Positions 1 through 9,589 of a stretch of 24,943 nt of DNA are shown in pieces. Within the stretch, counting starts at the first letter, position 1. Every line of letters starts with the position of its first letter. A model generated the notes under the pieces. The model did not search any database and was not told where the DNA came from. It saw only the letters and a list, made by a program, of their open reading frames with translations. The position numbers and the translations under genes are program-made. Source of the DNA: an uncultured Flavobacteriales bacterium (GTDB lineage: Bacteria; Bacteroidota; Bacteroidia; Flavobacteriales_C; GCA-002722245); NCBI GenBank assembly GCA_963933885.1, contig CAWVWF010000024.1:1-24943 (forward strand), in the 5' to 3' direction.

Positions 1-386
1 CCGTCTAATGAACCACCTTTATAATTACCTTCAGAAAATAAGAGTCCATTTTTACTATAAAACTTCCAAACCGAATCCTTTTTTTGACTGATATAATTAC
101 CGTCTGCTAACACTTTTCCATTTTCATGGAACAACTGCGCTGTAACTGCTGAAACTCCACTTTTATATTGCAAAGTCGATGATATCTTTCCCTTATTTGA
201 ATAACGTTTAAAAAGACCTACAGGTGCGTCATCCTTAAACTGACCACTATACCTCAATTCACCATTCTTATACTTCTTTTCCCAATGCCCTTGTTTTTTT
301 CCTTCGGCATCAACTTGATTAATATCATCTTGAGCGAAAGCTAAACATCCCCAAACAAGTGCTAAAACAGTAAGAATACTTCTCAT
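1..386 (-). CDS. MORN-repeat (YwqK-like) secreted protein, N-terminal part only (C-terminus beyond window edge)
   Basis: Minus-strand ORF from ATG (rc of cat at 384..386) running off the window start. Translation MRSILTVLALVWGCLAFAQ... is signal-peptide-like. It continues with repeated G-x-W-x-x-Y-x-NG-x-L-x-x-G-x-Y/F-K-x-G units (GHWEKKYKNGELRYSGQFKDD, NGKVLADGNYISQKKDSVWKFYSKNGLLFSEGNYKGG) typical of MORN repeat variant 2. Confidence 0.55.
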   Translation of the reverse strand, partial: MRSILTVLALVWGCLAFAQDDINQVDAEGKKQGHWEKKYKNGELRYSGQFKDDAPVGLFKRYSNKGKISSTLQYKSGVSAVTAQLFHENGKVLADGNYISQKKDSVWKFYSKNGLLFSEGNYKGGSLD

Positions 387-479
387 ATAATTATCTTTTT
401 TTTGGATAACGGGAAAATACAGGATCGTAACAAAACAATTAAAGGTTTAGTTAATTTTTTATTAACACACCGTTAGTAC

Positions 480-3400
480 TTAGTTAGCAACCTTTGCCAA
501 AAACTTTCTCTTCGACCTTTCGGTTCCAAGCATAAAAGTATATGGACCTTCTCCTTTTTCTCCTTTAACTTCTCTTTTATCAGCCTTAAGTGATGATATA
601 ATTGCATTAAAATCATCAGCAGAAGAAAGACATCTCATAACTCCTTTTGAATAGGAAAAATAGTACCACGTTTTATCATCTATTTCAATATAGATTGTAA
701 CTGCTTCTTTACCTTTCTTTCTTACAACTTGAATATTCCCCTTAACAAATCTATTAAGTTGTTTTTTACCTAACAAACCAATTCCTAGTGCTCCATCAGA
801 CAAGTATGATTTTGTTCTTTGTTGCCAGTATAGATTAACATCATTAAAGAGAATATTATGACGAATATTAGAAGGTACTTTCTTAAAAGCTCCAAATAAG
901 TTTAATTCAGAAACCAACTTATCTCCTTTCTTCTTTCCAACCATTTCTCTAATTGCTTTCTCATACATTAAGTTTCCAACTTTAGTTGGTCTTAGTTTAG
1001 GATTACCTTGGATGTTACCTAGAATATGTGCCCACATTGCATCATCCAGATGGAAATCGAACGCCATTGCTCCTTTTATCTTAACAGAATCAGTATAAGG
1101 ATCGTGTGTTATGCCTCCAAAGTTCTTCACTTTTATCTGACCCAACTTATCAGCTAAAACCACTTCTCCTTCCCCTCTAATCACACAAGTATTAGTATTT
1201 AATCCAATAAAATTACCAGGGAAACTAGATTCCATTAACTTCTCTTTATTAGATAACTGGTATTCTTTTAATTCAGAATCATACTGAACAAAACCTGCCG
1301 CAGTAATTAACATTTGATCACTATGATATTTCTTTTTAGATAAGAATGCAGAATACAAATGAGTAGAATCCTTTTTAATAACTACCCCTGTTCCAAGTTT
1401 AGTTCCTTTCGCTTTTCCTTTAACCCAAGACTGAATTCCTGAATCAATTGGAATCATAACATTAGAAGGGTCAATTTCACTTTCAAATCCAAACCAAGGT
1501 TTATTTAATTTATTACACGCATGCTGTAAAACAGCTGCTCCTCTAAATAACATTCCTTTCTTATTGGCCTCAATTTTTGTACTTCCTCTATATCCAAAAT
1601 CAGGACTTAACATGAATTTATCATCAACGTTGATATTACCGCTAGCTACAGTTTGGAATGCAGAATCAACTCTAATATTATCAAAATGGATCAATTGTTT
1701 ACCACCATCAGAACCAACGTATTCATAATCTCCCTCAGCAAAATAACTTCTTCTTGCTCTAATTTCTACCGTAGAATTATTAATTGTATGATACTGAGTA
1801 GTAACGTTAGCTATAATTTTCGCACTATCAAGTGGCACTAGTTCAGCAGCTTTTTTAACAACTACTTCTCCATCTGATGGATAAATTCTAGCATCTGCTA
1901 CATTGATATATTTAACATCATGCGCTTTAATTATATATTTCTTTAAATCGTAATTCGCTTTTGGAGAGATAAATTTAAGTGAATCTTGATCTTTGTGGGT
2001 AGATATAAATTCAGAACCTGCTAAATCTAAATCATTTCCTCCAGCAGTTGAAGCAGCTTTACTTGCATTACCGTCAGAAGAAGATAATTCAAGTTCGAAA
2101 TCATCCATGAACCATTTAAACTGATCCATAAAACAGATATAACTGTTCATAGGGAAATCAACGAAAGACGCTCCTCCATTTGCTACAAATTCTCCAACAC
2201 GTTTCTTAAAGTCAATCTTAGAATTTACATCATTTGTTGAAAAGGCTATTCCATCACCAACATCTGCAGCAGTGGTATCCGATTTTAATTTGAAATCGGA
2301 TGTATCAGCATTGAAAGTTATATTTTGGAATTCAAAAATTTCAGATTTCAACTCTGCATTATCAAAATCCATCATTCCAGCACCTGTCATTCCTTTGTGA
2401 TCATATACTAAACCTCCATGAAGTTTAGACCCTTCAGAATACATTGAAATAGGAGTTTTAACCTTTTTCATTGTGAAATAATCTTTAGTTGCATAATATG
2501 CTACTTTCACTTTTCGCCCTTGAACGTCACAGTATTCAACAGGTGCCATTTGTGGTCGAATTTCAGATTCGTATGCTGGAGCGTTCATGGAATCTAAATA
2601 AAATACAAAAGCTTTAGATTTTGAAGTTGAAGTAATGTAATGGAATTCTCCATCTCCCATTAAACCTTCGTTACTTAATATAATGTCATTGTTAAACTTC
2701 GCTTTCCCTCCATACATTTGATACCCCTCTGGTGGTGCAGCTTTTACAAAACCTAAGGAATGATCAGGCATCAAAATCAACTTTTCTTTGAAATCAGGGA
2801 AAATTCCTCCTGAAGCAAATGTCCCAGGAAAAGATATTCCTGGAATTGAAAAAGACATCATACTATCCACAGTAAATGTATCTAACTGAAAATAGACTTT
2901 ATGTGGATCATATGCATTACCTCTTTTATTCCTTTTGTTATATCTAACATATGATTTTTTTGTTGAATGGAATTTCGGGAATTCGGGAAATGAATCAGAT
3001 AATATTCCTGATTTGTTATGAGGCCAATCAATTTCTAATGCTCCACTCACATCTTCAATTGTACTTCTAACCATTTTATACTGAACTTTATCTCCTCTTG
3101 TCTCTCCTGCTAAATACGCAGCCTGTAGTCTTACTGAATCAACTTCATCTAATTTAACATCAAAATTATCATAAGAGAATTCAAACTTATTCCCATGAAA
3201 CTCATAACGTCCAGCTCTAATAATACCAGCAAAAGACATGTCTCTATTTCTATGTAATTTAAAAACTCCATTCGAAGGCATGAATCCTGTTTTCCTAGCT
3301 CTACTTAATGCAACTCCACCTACACCTCTCATAGTAATATCAAAGTTGATCAAATTCATTGTTGCGTTAGGTTCTCCTTTTATAATTGAAGTAACTTCAA

Positions 3401-5099
3401 TATTATCATAATCTCCTTTTTGAGATTTTGCATTCATATAATCAAATAGTCTATCCTTAACTGTAATAAGACCTTCTTCAATATTATAAATTAAAAAACC
3501 TTGACTTGCTAGGTTTACCATCAATCGTTTTACAGATTCAATATCTTTTCTAAAATGACCCGCAATTTCAACATCCGTAAACTGTCGTTCACCATAATTC
3601 TTCTTCATTACAAATTGCTTCAGCGTATACAATGGATGCGTGTCACTTAATCCTTGTAAACTCATAAAACGATCTTCAGAATAATAACTACCCGACTCTA
3701 ATCTCATCTCACCTGAACTACTCCCTGGTATTGTTGAGAAGTCCATATGGTTTTTATCAATATCCCATTTTGCCCATTCAATAAACATATCCATTTGATG
3801 GAATGTATTTGAATATGGTGAGGCTCCAATCCCTTTTCCCTCTCGATATAATGTAAGCTCTCTCTTTGCCGGACTAAACTTCATTTGTAAGGCTGGATGA
3901 TAAATTGAATCGGTATCTAAAACCATCGTAATTGCAGCATATTTTGTTGCAATTCTATCTTTGCTTATTGTAAAACTTCTAGACTTTGCTATTAAGAAAG
4001 GTTTGTTGTGTCTTTTAAAAATTACTTTAGCAGGACTATCTCCAATACTCTTCCCTATAAATTTATTTCCTTTAATCATGAACCCACCTTCGTAATCAAT
4101 ACTATCTTCAATCTCAATAATCTTCATGGATTCTGAATAGGAAATAAATCGAGGGTAAGTAGCATTTTTTTCATTTACGTTCGCAAGAAGCTTCTCCTTG
4201 AGTTGACCGTAAAGCATATCTGGGAAATATTTTTTATTCTTATATTTAACTGAGTCTGCAACATAATTAGATGACTTTAGTTTAATCTCGTAACTAGATA
4301 ATTCTGCATACGAAATTGCTGTATCAATACCAGCTCTTGTCCAAAAAACCTTTCCTCCCTTTCCATGCCAATATCCACTAGTAGGGTAAAAAGATCCATT
4401 TGTTTGGTAAATTCTCGCCGTATCATTTTTTGCTACACAATAGATATCCATTTCAGGAAATACAACTTTTGGTAAACTGTCGTAATCAAATGAAAACTTA
4501 GAAGAAGTTCCATACCAAGTTACATTCTGAGTAACATATATTGCATTATATATAAATATGTTATTACAACTATTTAAAAATTTTGTGAAATGTCTTTTGT
4601 TATCCTTGATTAGTTTGTTCGTAGCGATGTTCCATGCATCAAAAGAATCCTCAGATTGATAAGTAACGAAAAAGCTAATTATAGAAGTAAGATAAGCCTT
4701 AAAATCAGGAATGGCTTTCATTCTATTCTTTAGCATTTTATTAGACATATCAATAATCATTGATATTTGATAATCATTAAGCTTTCCTGTATTAACAGAA
4801 TATACAAACTCACTAGTAACCTTAGCCTTGGCCATTCTAGTTAAAAAAATCTTATTCGCTGCCTTATATATTTTCTCTTCTTTTTTTGGCTCAACATCAG
4901 TCATTGGCCAAATAGCTTTTATTTCACCAATTAAATTAGCTGATTCAACTTCATTAGTCTCAGCAATAAAATCTTGTAATTGTTGTAAGAACTCTGCTTT
5001 ATCCCTAGAGAAAGCTTTCACAGGTCCTGCATCCGCTAAAAAAGGGAATAGAATAGTAAATAATAATCCTAATGTTACTTTTTTGAAAATGCTAGGCAT
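480..5099 (-). CDS. Large (~1539 aa) signal-peptide-bearing protein of unknown function
   Basis: Uninterrupted 4.6-kb minus-strand ORF. The ORF track starts at TTG 5105. The first in-frame ATG is at 5099 (MPSIFKKVTLGLLFTILFPFLADA), giving a classic Sec signal peptide with an A-x-A cleavage site and no lipobox Cys. Sequence is rich in Y/W/F/G/N/D. I see no HExxH, Walker, lipobox, T9SS-CTD or recognisable catalytic motif. Overlaps prmA stop by ~25 nt. Confidence 0.7.
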   Translation of the reverse strand: MPSIFKKVTLGLLFTILFPFLADAGPVKAFSRDKAEFLQQLQDFIAETNEVESANLIGEIKAIWPMTDVEPKKEEKIYKAANKIFLTRMAKAKVTSEFVYSVNTGKLNDYQISMIIDMSNKMLKNRMKAIPDFKAYLTSIISFFVTYQSEDSFDAWNIATNKLIKDNKRHFTKFLNSCNNIFIYNAIYVTQNVTWYGTSSKFSFDYDSLPKVVFPEMDIYCVAKNDTARIYQTNGSFYPTSGYWHGKGGKVFWTRAGIDTAISYAELSSYEIKLKSSNYVADSVKYKNKKYFPDMLYGQLKEKLLANVNEKNATYPRFISYSESMKIIEIEDSIDYEGGFMIKGNKFIGKSIGDSPAKVIFKRHNKPFLIAKSRSFTISKDRIATKYAAITMVLDTDSIYHPALQMKFSPAKRELTLYREGKGIGASPYSNTFHQMDMFIEWAKWDIDKNHMDFSTIPGSSSGEMRLESGSYYSEDRFMSLQGLSDTHPLYTLKQFVMKKNYGERQFTDVEIAGHFRKDIESVKRLMVNLASQGFLIYNIEEGLITVKDRLFDYMNAKSQKGDYDNIEVTSIIKGEPNATMNLINFDITMRGVGGVALSRARKTGFMPSNGVFKLHRNRDMSFAGIIRAGRYEFHGNKFEFSYDNFDVKLDEVDSVRLQAAYLAGETRGDKVQYKMVRSTIEDVSGALEIDWPHNKSGILSDSFPEFPKFHSTKKSYVRYNKRNKRGNAYDPHKVYFQLDTFTVDSMMSFSIPGISFPGTFASGGIFPDFKEKLILMPDHSLGFVKAAPPEGYQMYGGKAKFNNDIILSNEGLMGDGEFHYITSTSKSKAFVFYLDSMNAPAYESEIRPQMAPVEYCDVQGRKVKVAYYATKDYFTMKKVKTPISMYSEGSKLHGGLVYDHKGMTGAGMMDFDNAELKSEIFEFQNITFNADTSDFKLKSDTTAADVGDGIAFSTNDVNSKIDFKKRVGEFVANGGASFVDFPMNSYICFMDQFKWFMDDFELELSSSDGNASKAASTAGGNDLDLAGSEFISTHKDQDSLKFISPKANYDLKKYIIKAHDVKYINVADARIYPSDGEVVVKKAAELVPLDSAKIIANVTTQYHTINNSTVEIRARRSYFAEGDYEYVGSDGGKQLIHFDNIRVDSAFQTVASGNINVDDKFMLSPDFGYRGSTKIEANKKGMLFRGAAVLQHACNKLNKPWFGFESEIDPSNVMIPIDSGIQSWVKGKAKGTKLGTGVVIKKDSTHLYSAFLSKKKYHSDQMLITAAGFVQYDSELKEYQLSNKEKLMESSFPGNFIGLNTNTCVIRGEGEVVLADKLGQIKVKNFGGITHDPYTDSVKIKGAMAFDFHLDDAMWAHILGNIQGNPKLRPTKVGNLMYEKAIREMVGKKKGDKLVSELNLFGAFKKVPSNIRHNILFNDVNLYWQQRTKSYLSDGALGIGLLGKKQLNRFVKGNIQVVRKKGKEAVTIYIEIDDKTWYYFSYSKGVMRCLSSADDFNAIISSLKADKREVKGEKGEGPYTFMLGTERSKRKFLAKVAN

Positions 5100-5908
5100 A
5101 ACCAATTGTCTTTTGAGTATTTTTTATTGAATAAAAAACCTGCTTCAATAGCGGCTTTTGTAATTATTTCTTCATCTACTGATAAAAAACCACTAAGGGC
5201 TAAAATACCACCTTGCTTAATATTATCAGAATAAACATTTAATTGATCAAGAAGAATATTAAGGTTAATGTTAGCCAGAATTACATCAAACTCTTTATTG
5301 CTAATCATTTCTTTACCTCCCAACTTCACATCGAAACTTACATCATTTCGTTCACTGTTTTCTATACAATTTTCAACAGCCCATTCTTCAATATCGATCG
5401 CTTCAACAAATGAAGCTTTCATTTTTTTTGCTAGTATAGCTAGGATACCTGTACCAGAACCCATATCCAATACAGACTTCCCTTCTAGCTTCATCTCTCT
5501 CATCGCATTCACCATCATATAAGTAGTTTGATGATGACCAGTTCCGAAAGACATTTTTGGCTCAATAATAATTTGAAATTCCGTTTGAGGAACATTTTGG
5601 TGAAAAGGGGCGATAATACTACACCAGTTCTCCACCAAAATGGGCTCGAAAGAGCTTTCCCAAACTTTGTTCCAGTTTTTAGTCGGCACTAATTCTATAG
5701 AAAAATCCAGTTTATACGAATCGTTTAAACTTAAATTATCTAAATATTGTTTGATTTCATTTGAGTAGTCCGAAGCTGAAATAAAAGCGTTTAAACCCTC
5801 TTTTGTTTCTTCAAAACTTTCACATCCAAGCTCTCCCAATTGGGCAATAAAAACATCAACCCAGGGAGTCCTGGGTTGAATGTTAATTGATATTTTATGA
5901 TAATCCAT
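5075..5908 (-). CDS. prmA: Ribosomal protein L11 methyltransferase
   Basis: 277-aa ORF with the PrmA hallmark GTGHHQTT, an SAM-binding DMGSGTGILAI motif and overall PrmA length and layout. ATG start overlaps the tpiA stop (TAATG). Confidence 0.9.
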   Translation of the reverse strand: MDYHKISINIQPRTPWVDVFIAQLGELGCESFEETKEGLNAFISASDYSNEIKQYLDNLSLNDSYKLDFSIELVPTKNWNKVWESSFEPILVENWCSIIAPFHQNVPQTEFQIIIEPKMSFGTGHHQTTYMMVNAMREMKLEGKSVLDMGSGTGILAILAKKMKASFVEAIDIEEWAVENCIENSERNDVSFDVKLGGKEMISNKEFDVILANINLNILLDQLNVYSDNIKQGGILALSGFLSVDEEIITKAAIEAGFLFNKKYSKDNWLCLAFSKK

Positions 5909-6669
5909 TAATTGAAAGCAGTAATGATTCCAATAAAGTCTTCAGCTTTTAAAGCAGCTCCACCAATTAAACCACCATCAACATCTTTCTTTCCAAAGAT
6001 TTCAGCAGCGTTACCTGGCTTACAAGATCCTCCATAAAGAATTGGAGTTTCATCAGCGATTGCTTGTCCGTATTTACCAGCTACAAATCCTCTGATAAAT
6101 GCATGCATGTCCTGAGCTTGATCAGGAGAAGCAGTTAAACCTGTACCGATAGCCCAAACTGGCTCATATGCGATAACAACTTTAGAAAATGCGTCATTAG
6201 AAAGGTGAAATAATTCATCCTTAATTTGTCCACCAACGATTTCGTTTTGTTGACCACTTTCTCTTTGTTCTTTTACCTCACCACAACAGTATATAGGCAC
6301 TAATCCTTGAGCTAAAACAGCATCAACTTTTTTCACTAAGTCTGCAGCGTTTTCTCCAAAATACTCACGTCTTTCAGAGTGACCAATGATTACATAACCA
6401 ACACCAACAGCTTTAAGCATATCAGCTGAAATTTCTCCAGTATAAGCACCATTAGCTTCTTGGTGAACATTTTGAGCAGCAACGTTTACAGCTGAACCAG
6501 CAGCAACTTTAACAACTTCTGAAAGGTTAACATAAGTTGGAGATACAACAACAGTTACATCACTCACATCATGCTTAGCCAATCCGCTTTTTAATTCTTC
6601 TACTAACTGAGCTCCTTCGCTTACAGTTTTGTTCATTTTCCAGTTTCCTGCAACAATTTTACGTGCCAT
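5908..6669 (-). CDS. tpiA: Triose-phosphate isomerase
   Basis: 253 aa with canonical TIM motifs AGNWKMN (N-terminus), IGHSERR (catalytic His) and the AYEPVWAIGTG catalytic Glu loop. Confidence 0.95.
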   Translation of the reverse strand: MARKIVAGNWKMNKTVSEGAQLVEELKSGLAKHDVSDVTVVVSPTYVNLSEVVKVAAGSAVNVAAQNVHQEANGAYTGEISADMLKAVGVGYVIIGHSERREYFGENAADLVKKVDAVLAQGLVPIYCCGEVKEQRESGQQNEIVGGQIKDELFHLSNDAFSKVVIAYEPVWAIGTGLTASPDQAQDMHAFIRGFVAGKYGQAIADETPILYGGSCKPGNAAEIFGKKDVDGGLIGGAALKAEDFIGIITAFN

Positions 6670-6691
6670 ATTCTATCTAATTTATCTTGTA

Positions 6692-8050
6692 TTATTTGTA
6701 ATCGTTTTTAATTTCCTCAAAGATCGGAAAATCATTGTAATGCCACTTCCCCATTACGGTATCTTTTTTCAACAAAATTAATCCTGGGGATGATCTGATC
6801 ATTGTTTTTAATTCAATATCATTCGAACTGTAAAACTTAACTCTCGTTTTCATTTCGTGCTTAAAAGCCTGTATTTTTTGATCATCTACTTCCGTTGTAA
6901 GAATATTATACTCAAAACCTTCTGCTGCAGACTCGACAAATAGTTTTTTTACTCGTTCATAACTTTTCTCTCCTTTCGCTGATTTCATAAATACTAATCC
7001 ATCATTTGTTTCTTCAAAATGTCCATAAAATTTTAGATCTCGAACAACTAACATAAATCTGTAAGTAGAATCAGCTAACATCTCTTGTAATTTATCTTCT
7101 CCATTATCTAAAGACTCAGCTGTTAAATCCATAATCTTTGGATCCTTGTCAGGAGAATATAATACTGTAGTATCAACATAAACTATCCAGTCGTTTTTAA
7201 ATTCTTCAGGAACTTCTTCTACCCTTGTTTTCTGACCAGTACTCTTAATCTCGATGTATTTAATATCCAATTCCTCATCTACTTCCCTAAAGAAAGTTGT
7301 TGAAGAATCTTCCTCGTCAACATATTGCTCCCAATTTTTGTAGTCATCTGGAAAATCAGCTATTTCAACAACAACCCCACTCTGCTTATTTTTAAGTTTA
7401 TATAATATCAAAGGATTTCCTTTTTTAACTTTCATATTCTCCAGTAAGGAATCCCCTACAGCATATGCTCTATGATCTGCCATAGGTAAATGACGGAAAC
7501 AATAGAATGTAAATAAGAAAAATATAATACTTGAAACCCAAATAGTCAGTTTTTCACCTACCGGAGTTAATATTGTTTCGATTGAACTTCTTAAAATAAC
7601 CAATGGTAAAATCCCAAAGATTAAAATAACATCTTTCATAAAACTTTCAAAAGGTGTTAAAACCCAGAAGTCACCAAAACAACCACAAGTTTTAACTAAA
7701 TCAAATTTCCAACTTACAAACGTTAGAAATGTAAAAAATACAATCAGAACAAGTAACCAAATGGACACTTTCTTCATTTGAATACCAAGAAGCGTTAAGA
7801 TTCCTAACACGATCTCTAACACTACAATAAACATTGACATAGGAAGCGCTATATATGTAAGCCATTCCATAGGGTGAGCTAAAAGCCCTAGACCATTCTC
7901 AGAAAATATCTTTGCAAATTCCTCGAAATACTCTTGTAATTTATAAGAAAATCCTAACGGATCATTTGCTTTAATTAAACCTGAAAATATAAATAAACCT
8001 CCAACACCTAATCGGCTAATCCAAATCAAAATTCGTAGTGCAATATTCAT
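6692..8050 (-). CDS. BT_3928-family / DoxX-like membrane protein with C-terminal soluble domain
   Basis: 452-aa ORF with 4-5 N-terminal hydrophobic helices (DoxX/TQO-small-subunit-like) followed by a ~250-aa hydrophilic domain. This family is commonly found next to tpiA and DUF1599 in Bacteroidota. Confidence 0.6.
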   Translation of the reverse strand: MNIALRILIWISRLGVGGLFIFSGLIKANDPLGFSYKLQEYFEEFAKIFSENGLGLLAHPMEWLTYIALPMSMFIVVLEIVLGILTLLGIQMKKVSIWLLVLIVFFTFLTFVSWKFDLVKTCGCFGDFWVLTPFESFMKDVILIFGILPLVILRSSIETILTPVGEKLTIWVSSIIFFLFTFYCFRHLPMADHRAYAVGDSLLENMKVKKGNPLILYKLKNKQSGVVVEIADFPDDYKNWEQYVDEEDSSTTFFREVDEELDIKYIEIKSTGQKTRVEEVPEEFKNDWIVYVDTTVLYSPDKDPKIMDLTAESLDNGEDKLQEMLADSTYRFMLVVRDLKFYGHFEETNDGLVFMKSAKGEKSYERVKKLFVESAAEGFEYNILTTEVDDQKIQAFKHEMKTRVKFYSSNDIELKTMIRSSPGLILLKKDTVMGKWHYNDFPIFEEIKNDYK

Positions 8051-8113
8051 TTTATGTTTTTTTAGATGAAATAAATTTCGACATTCATTTAATGGTAGTC
8101 AAAAATTTAACGC

Positions 8114-8665
8114 TTAATTAACGCTATCCGCTTCACCCATTCTAATCATTGCAAATATTGAATAATTAATCATATCAAGATAATTTGCATCTAAACCTTC
8201 ACTTACAATTGTTTTCCCTTCATTATCTTCTATAGATTTCACCCTTAAAAGCTTCATCAATATCAAATCGGTAAGTGAACTAACTCTCATTTCTCTCCAA
8301 GCTTCACCGTAATCATGATTTTTATTAGCCATTAAATCTTTAGCAGTCTGTAAATATTTAGCATGAAGCTTAGCAATTAAATCCTGATCCGACTCCTCGT
8401 TCATTGCTGCACCAAGTTCTAATTGAATAATTGCCATTACGCAATAATTAATTATCCCTATGTATTCAGGAACAATTCCTTCTCCAACTTTAGACGTTTC
8501 ATTAATCTCTAAAGTCCTAATTCTTTGAGCTTTAATGAAAATTTGATCTGTTAAAGATGTTGTTCTTAAAATACGCCAAGCCGTACCATAATCTTTCATC
8601 TTATCTAAAAAAAGACTAGAACATTTATTAATAATCACGTCAAACTCTGCAGATGTATTACTCAT
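8114..8665 (-). CDS. DUF1599 domain protein (internal tandem duplication)
   Basis: 183 aa with two homologous halves (KDYGTAWRILRTTSLTDQIFIKAQRIRTLE / HDYGEAWREMRVSSLTDLILMKLLRVKSIE). DUF1599 is typically divergent from folP in Bacteroidota. Confidence 0.7.
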   Translation of the reverse strand: MSNTSAEFDVIINKCSSLFLDKMKDYGTAWRILRTTSLTDQIFIKAQRIRTLEINETSKVGEGIVPEYIGIINYCVMAIIQLELGAAMNEESDQDLIAKLHAKYLQTAKDLMANKNHDYGEAWREMRVSSLTDLILMKLLRVKSIEDNEGKTIVSEGLDANYLDMINYSIFAMIRMGEADSVN

Positions 8666-8722
8666 TTTATATTTTTGCTAAATATGGAAACGAAAGATAC
8701 TTTTTTTTCAAATAAATACAAT

Positions 8723-9541
8723 ATGAATTGTGAAGGGAAACTGATAGACTTATCAACACCCCAAATTATGGGAATCCTCAATGTTACGCCAGATTCATTT
8801 TTTGATGGTGGACAAAACAATTCAATCTCGTCTGCTCTTACTCAAGTTGAAAAGATGATTAAGGAAGGAGCTACTTTTATAGATATTGGAGGTTATAGTT
8901 CCCGACCTAACGCTAAAGACGTTTCAATTGAGAAGGAAATTAAAAGGACTAGTCCAATTATAGAATCCATTAAAAAACATTTCCCTAATGCTTTAGTCTC
9001 AATTGACACTTTTAGAAGTGAAGTCGCAAGAGAAGCGATCAACTCTGGTGCATGTATAGTTAATGATATATCAGCAGGTAAATTAGATAATAAGATGTTT
9101 GAGTTTATCGCTAAAGAAAACAAACCATATATAGCAATGCATATGAGAGGAACTCCTCAAAATATGCAAACAAAAACTAACTATCAAAATGTAGCAAACG
9201 AAGTCGTAAAAGAACTTTCTGAAATCACTCAAAAACTAGCTCTTAAGGGAGTTAATGATGTAATTATAGATCCAGGTTTTGGCTTTTCAAAAACGATAGA
9301 ACAAAACTATAATCTCTTAAACAATCTAGAATCACTCCAAACCTTAAACCGCCCAATTCTAGTAGGTATTAGCAGAAAATCAATGATATATAACTTATTG
9401 AACATTGATCCAGAAAGCGCTATTAATGGAACGACCGCAATTAATACTATTGCTTTACTAAAAGGTGCTAATATTTTAAGAGTTCATGATGTAAAAGAAG
9501 CAGTTGAAATCACTCAAATTGTTAAAGCAATGAAGGGTTAA
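8723..9541 (+). CDS. folP: Dihydropteroate synthase
   Basis: Pterin-binding motif GILNVTPDSFFDGG and DIGGYSSRP; overall DHPS layout. The ORF-track start 8675 is TTG. In-frame ATGs are at 8684 and 8723. The 8723 start gives the same 15-aa spacing before MGILN as E. coli FolP and leaves 57 nt for the divergent promoters. Confidence 0.88.
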   Translation: MNCEGKLIDLSTPQIMGILNVTPDSFFDGGQNNSISSALTQVEKMIKEGATFIDIGGYSSRPNAKDVSIEKEIKRTSPIIESIKKHFPNALVSIDTFRSEVAREAINSGACIVNDISAGKLDNKMFEFIAKENKPYIAMHMRGTPQNMQTKTNYQNVANEVVKELSEITQKLALKGVNDVIIDPGFGFSKTIEQNYNLLNNLESLQTLNRPILVGISRKSMIYNLLNIDPESAINGTTAINTIALLKGANILRVHDVKEAVEITQIVKAMKG

Positions 9542-9589
9542 GTAACCATTAACTTAGGTTTTCAATTTAATCTTAAATATATTTACTAA

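Noticed and set aside
1653-1841. Short plus-strand ORF (62 aa) inside the large secreted-protein gene; likewise the ORFs at 4828..5130 and 5268..5522
   Set aside because: Each is embedded antisense or out of frame within a long, well-supported minus-strand gene. They are low-complexity I/S/F/N-rich translations with no motif. This is the typical spurious reverse-frame ORF of AT-rich DNA.
480-5099. Calling the 1539-aa exported protein a TamB/AsmA-family translocation-assembly protein because of its size and Bacteroidota context
   Set aside because: The N-terminus is a cleavable signal peptide rather than a TamB-style signal anchor. The sequence is compositionally diverse and aromatic-rich instead of the monotonous beta-taco repeats of TamB. 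There is no DUF490-like C-terminus. Left as unknown.
8893-9123. 76-aa minus-strand ORF inside folP; 95-aa plus ORF 9634..9921 inside cdaA; 85-aa ORF 11612..11869 inside the kinase; 75-aa ORF 23336..23563 inside the regulator gene
   Set aside because: All are nested within genes carrying strong diagnostic motifs on the other frame or strand. None has a recognisable motif.
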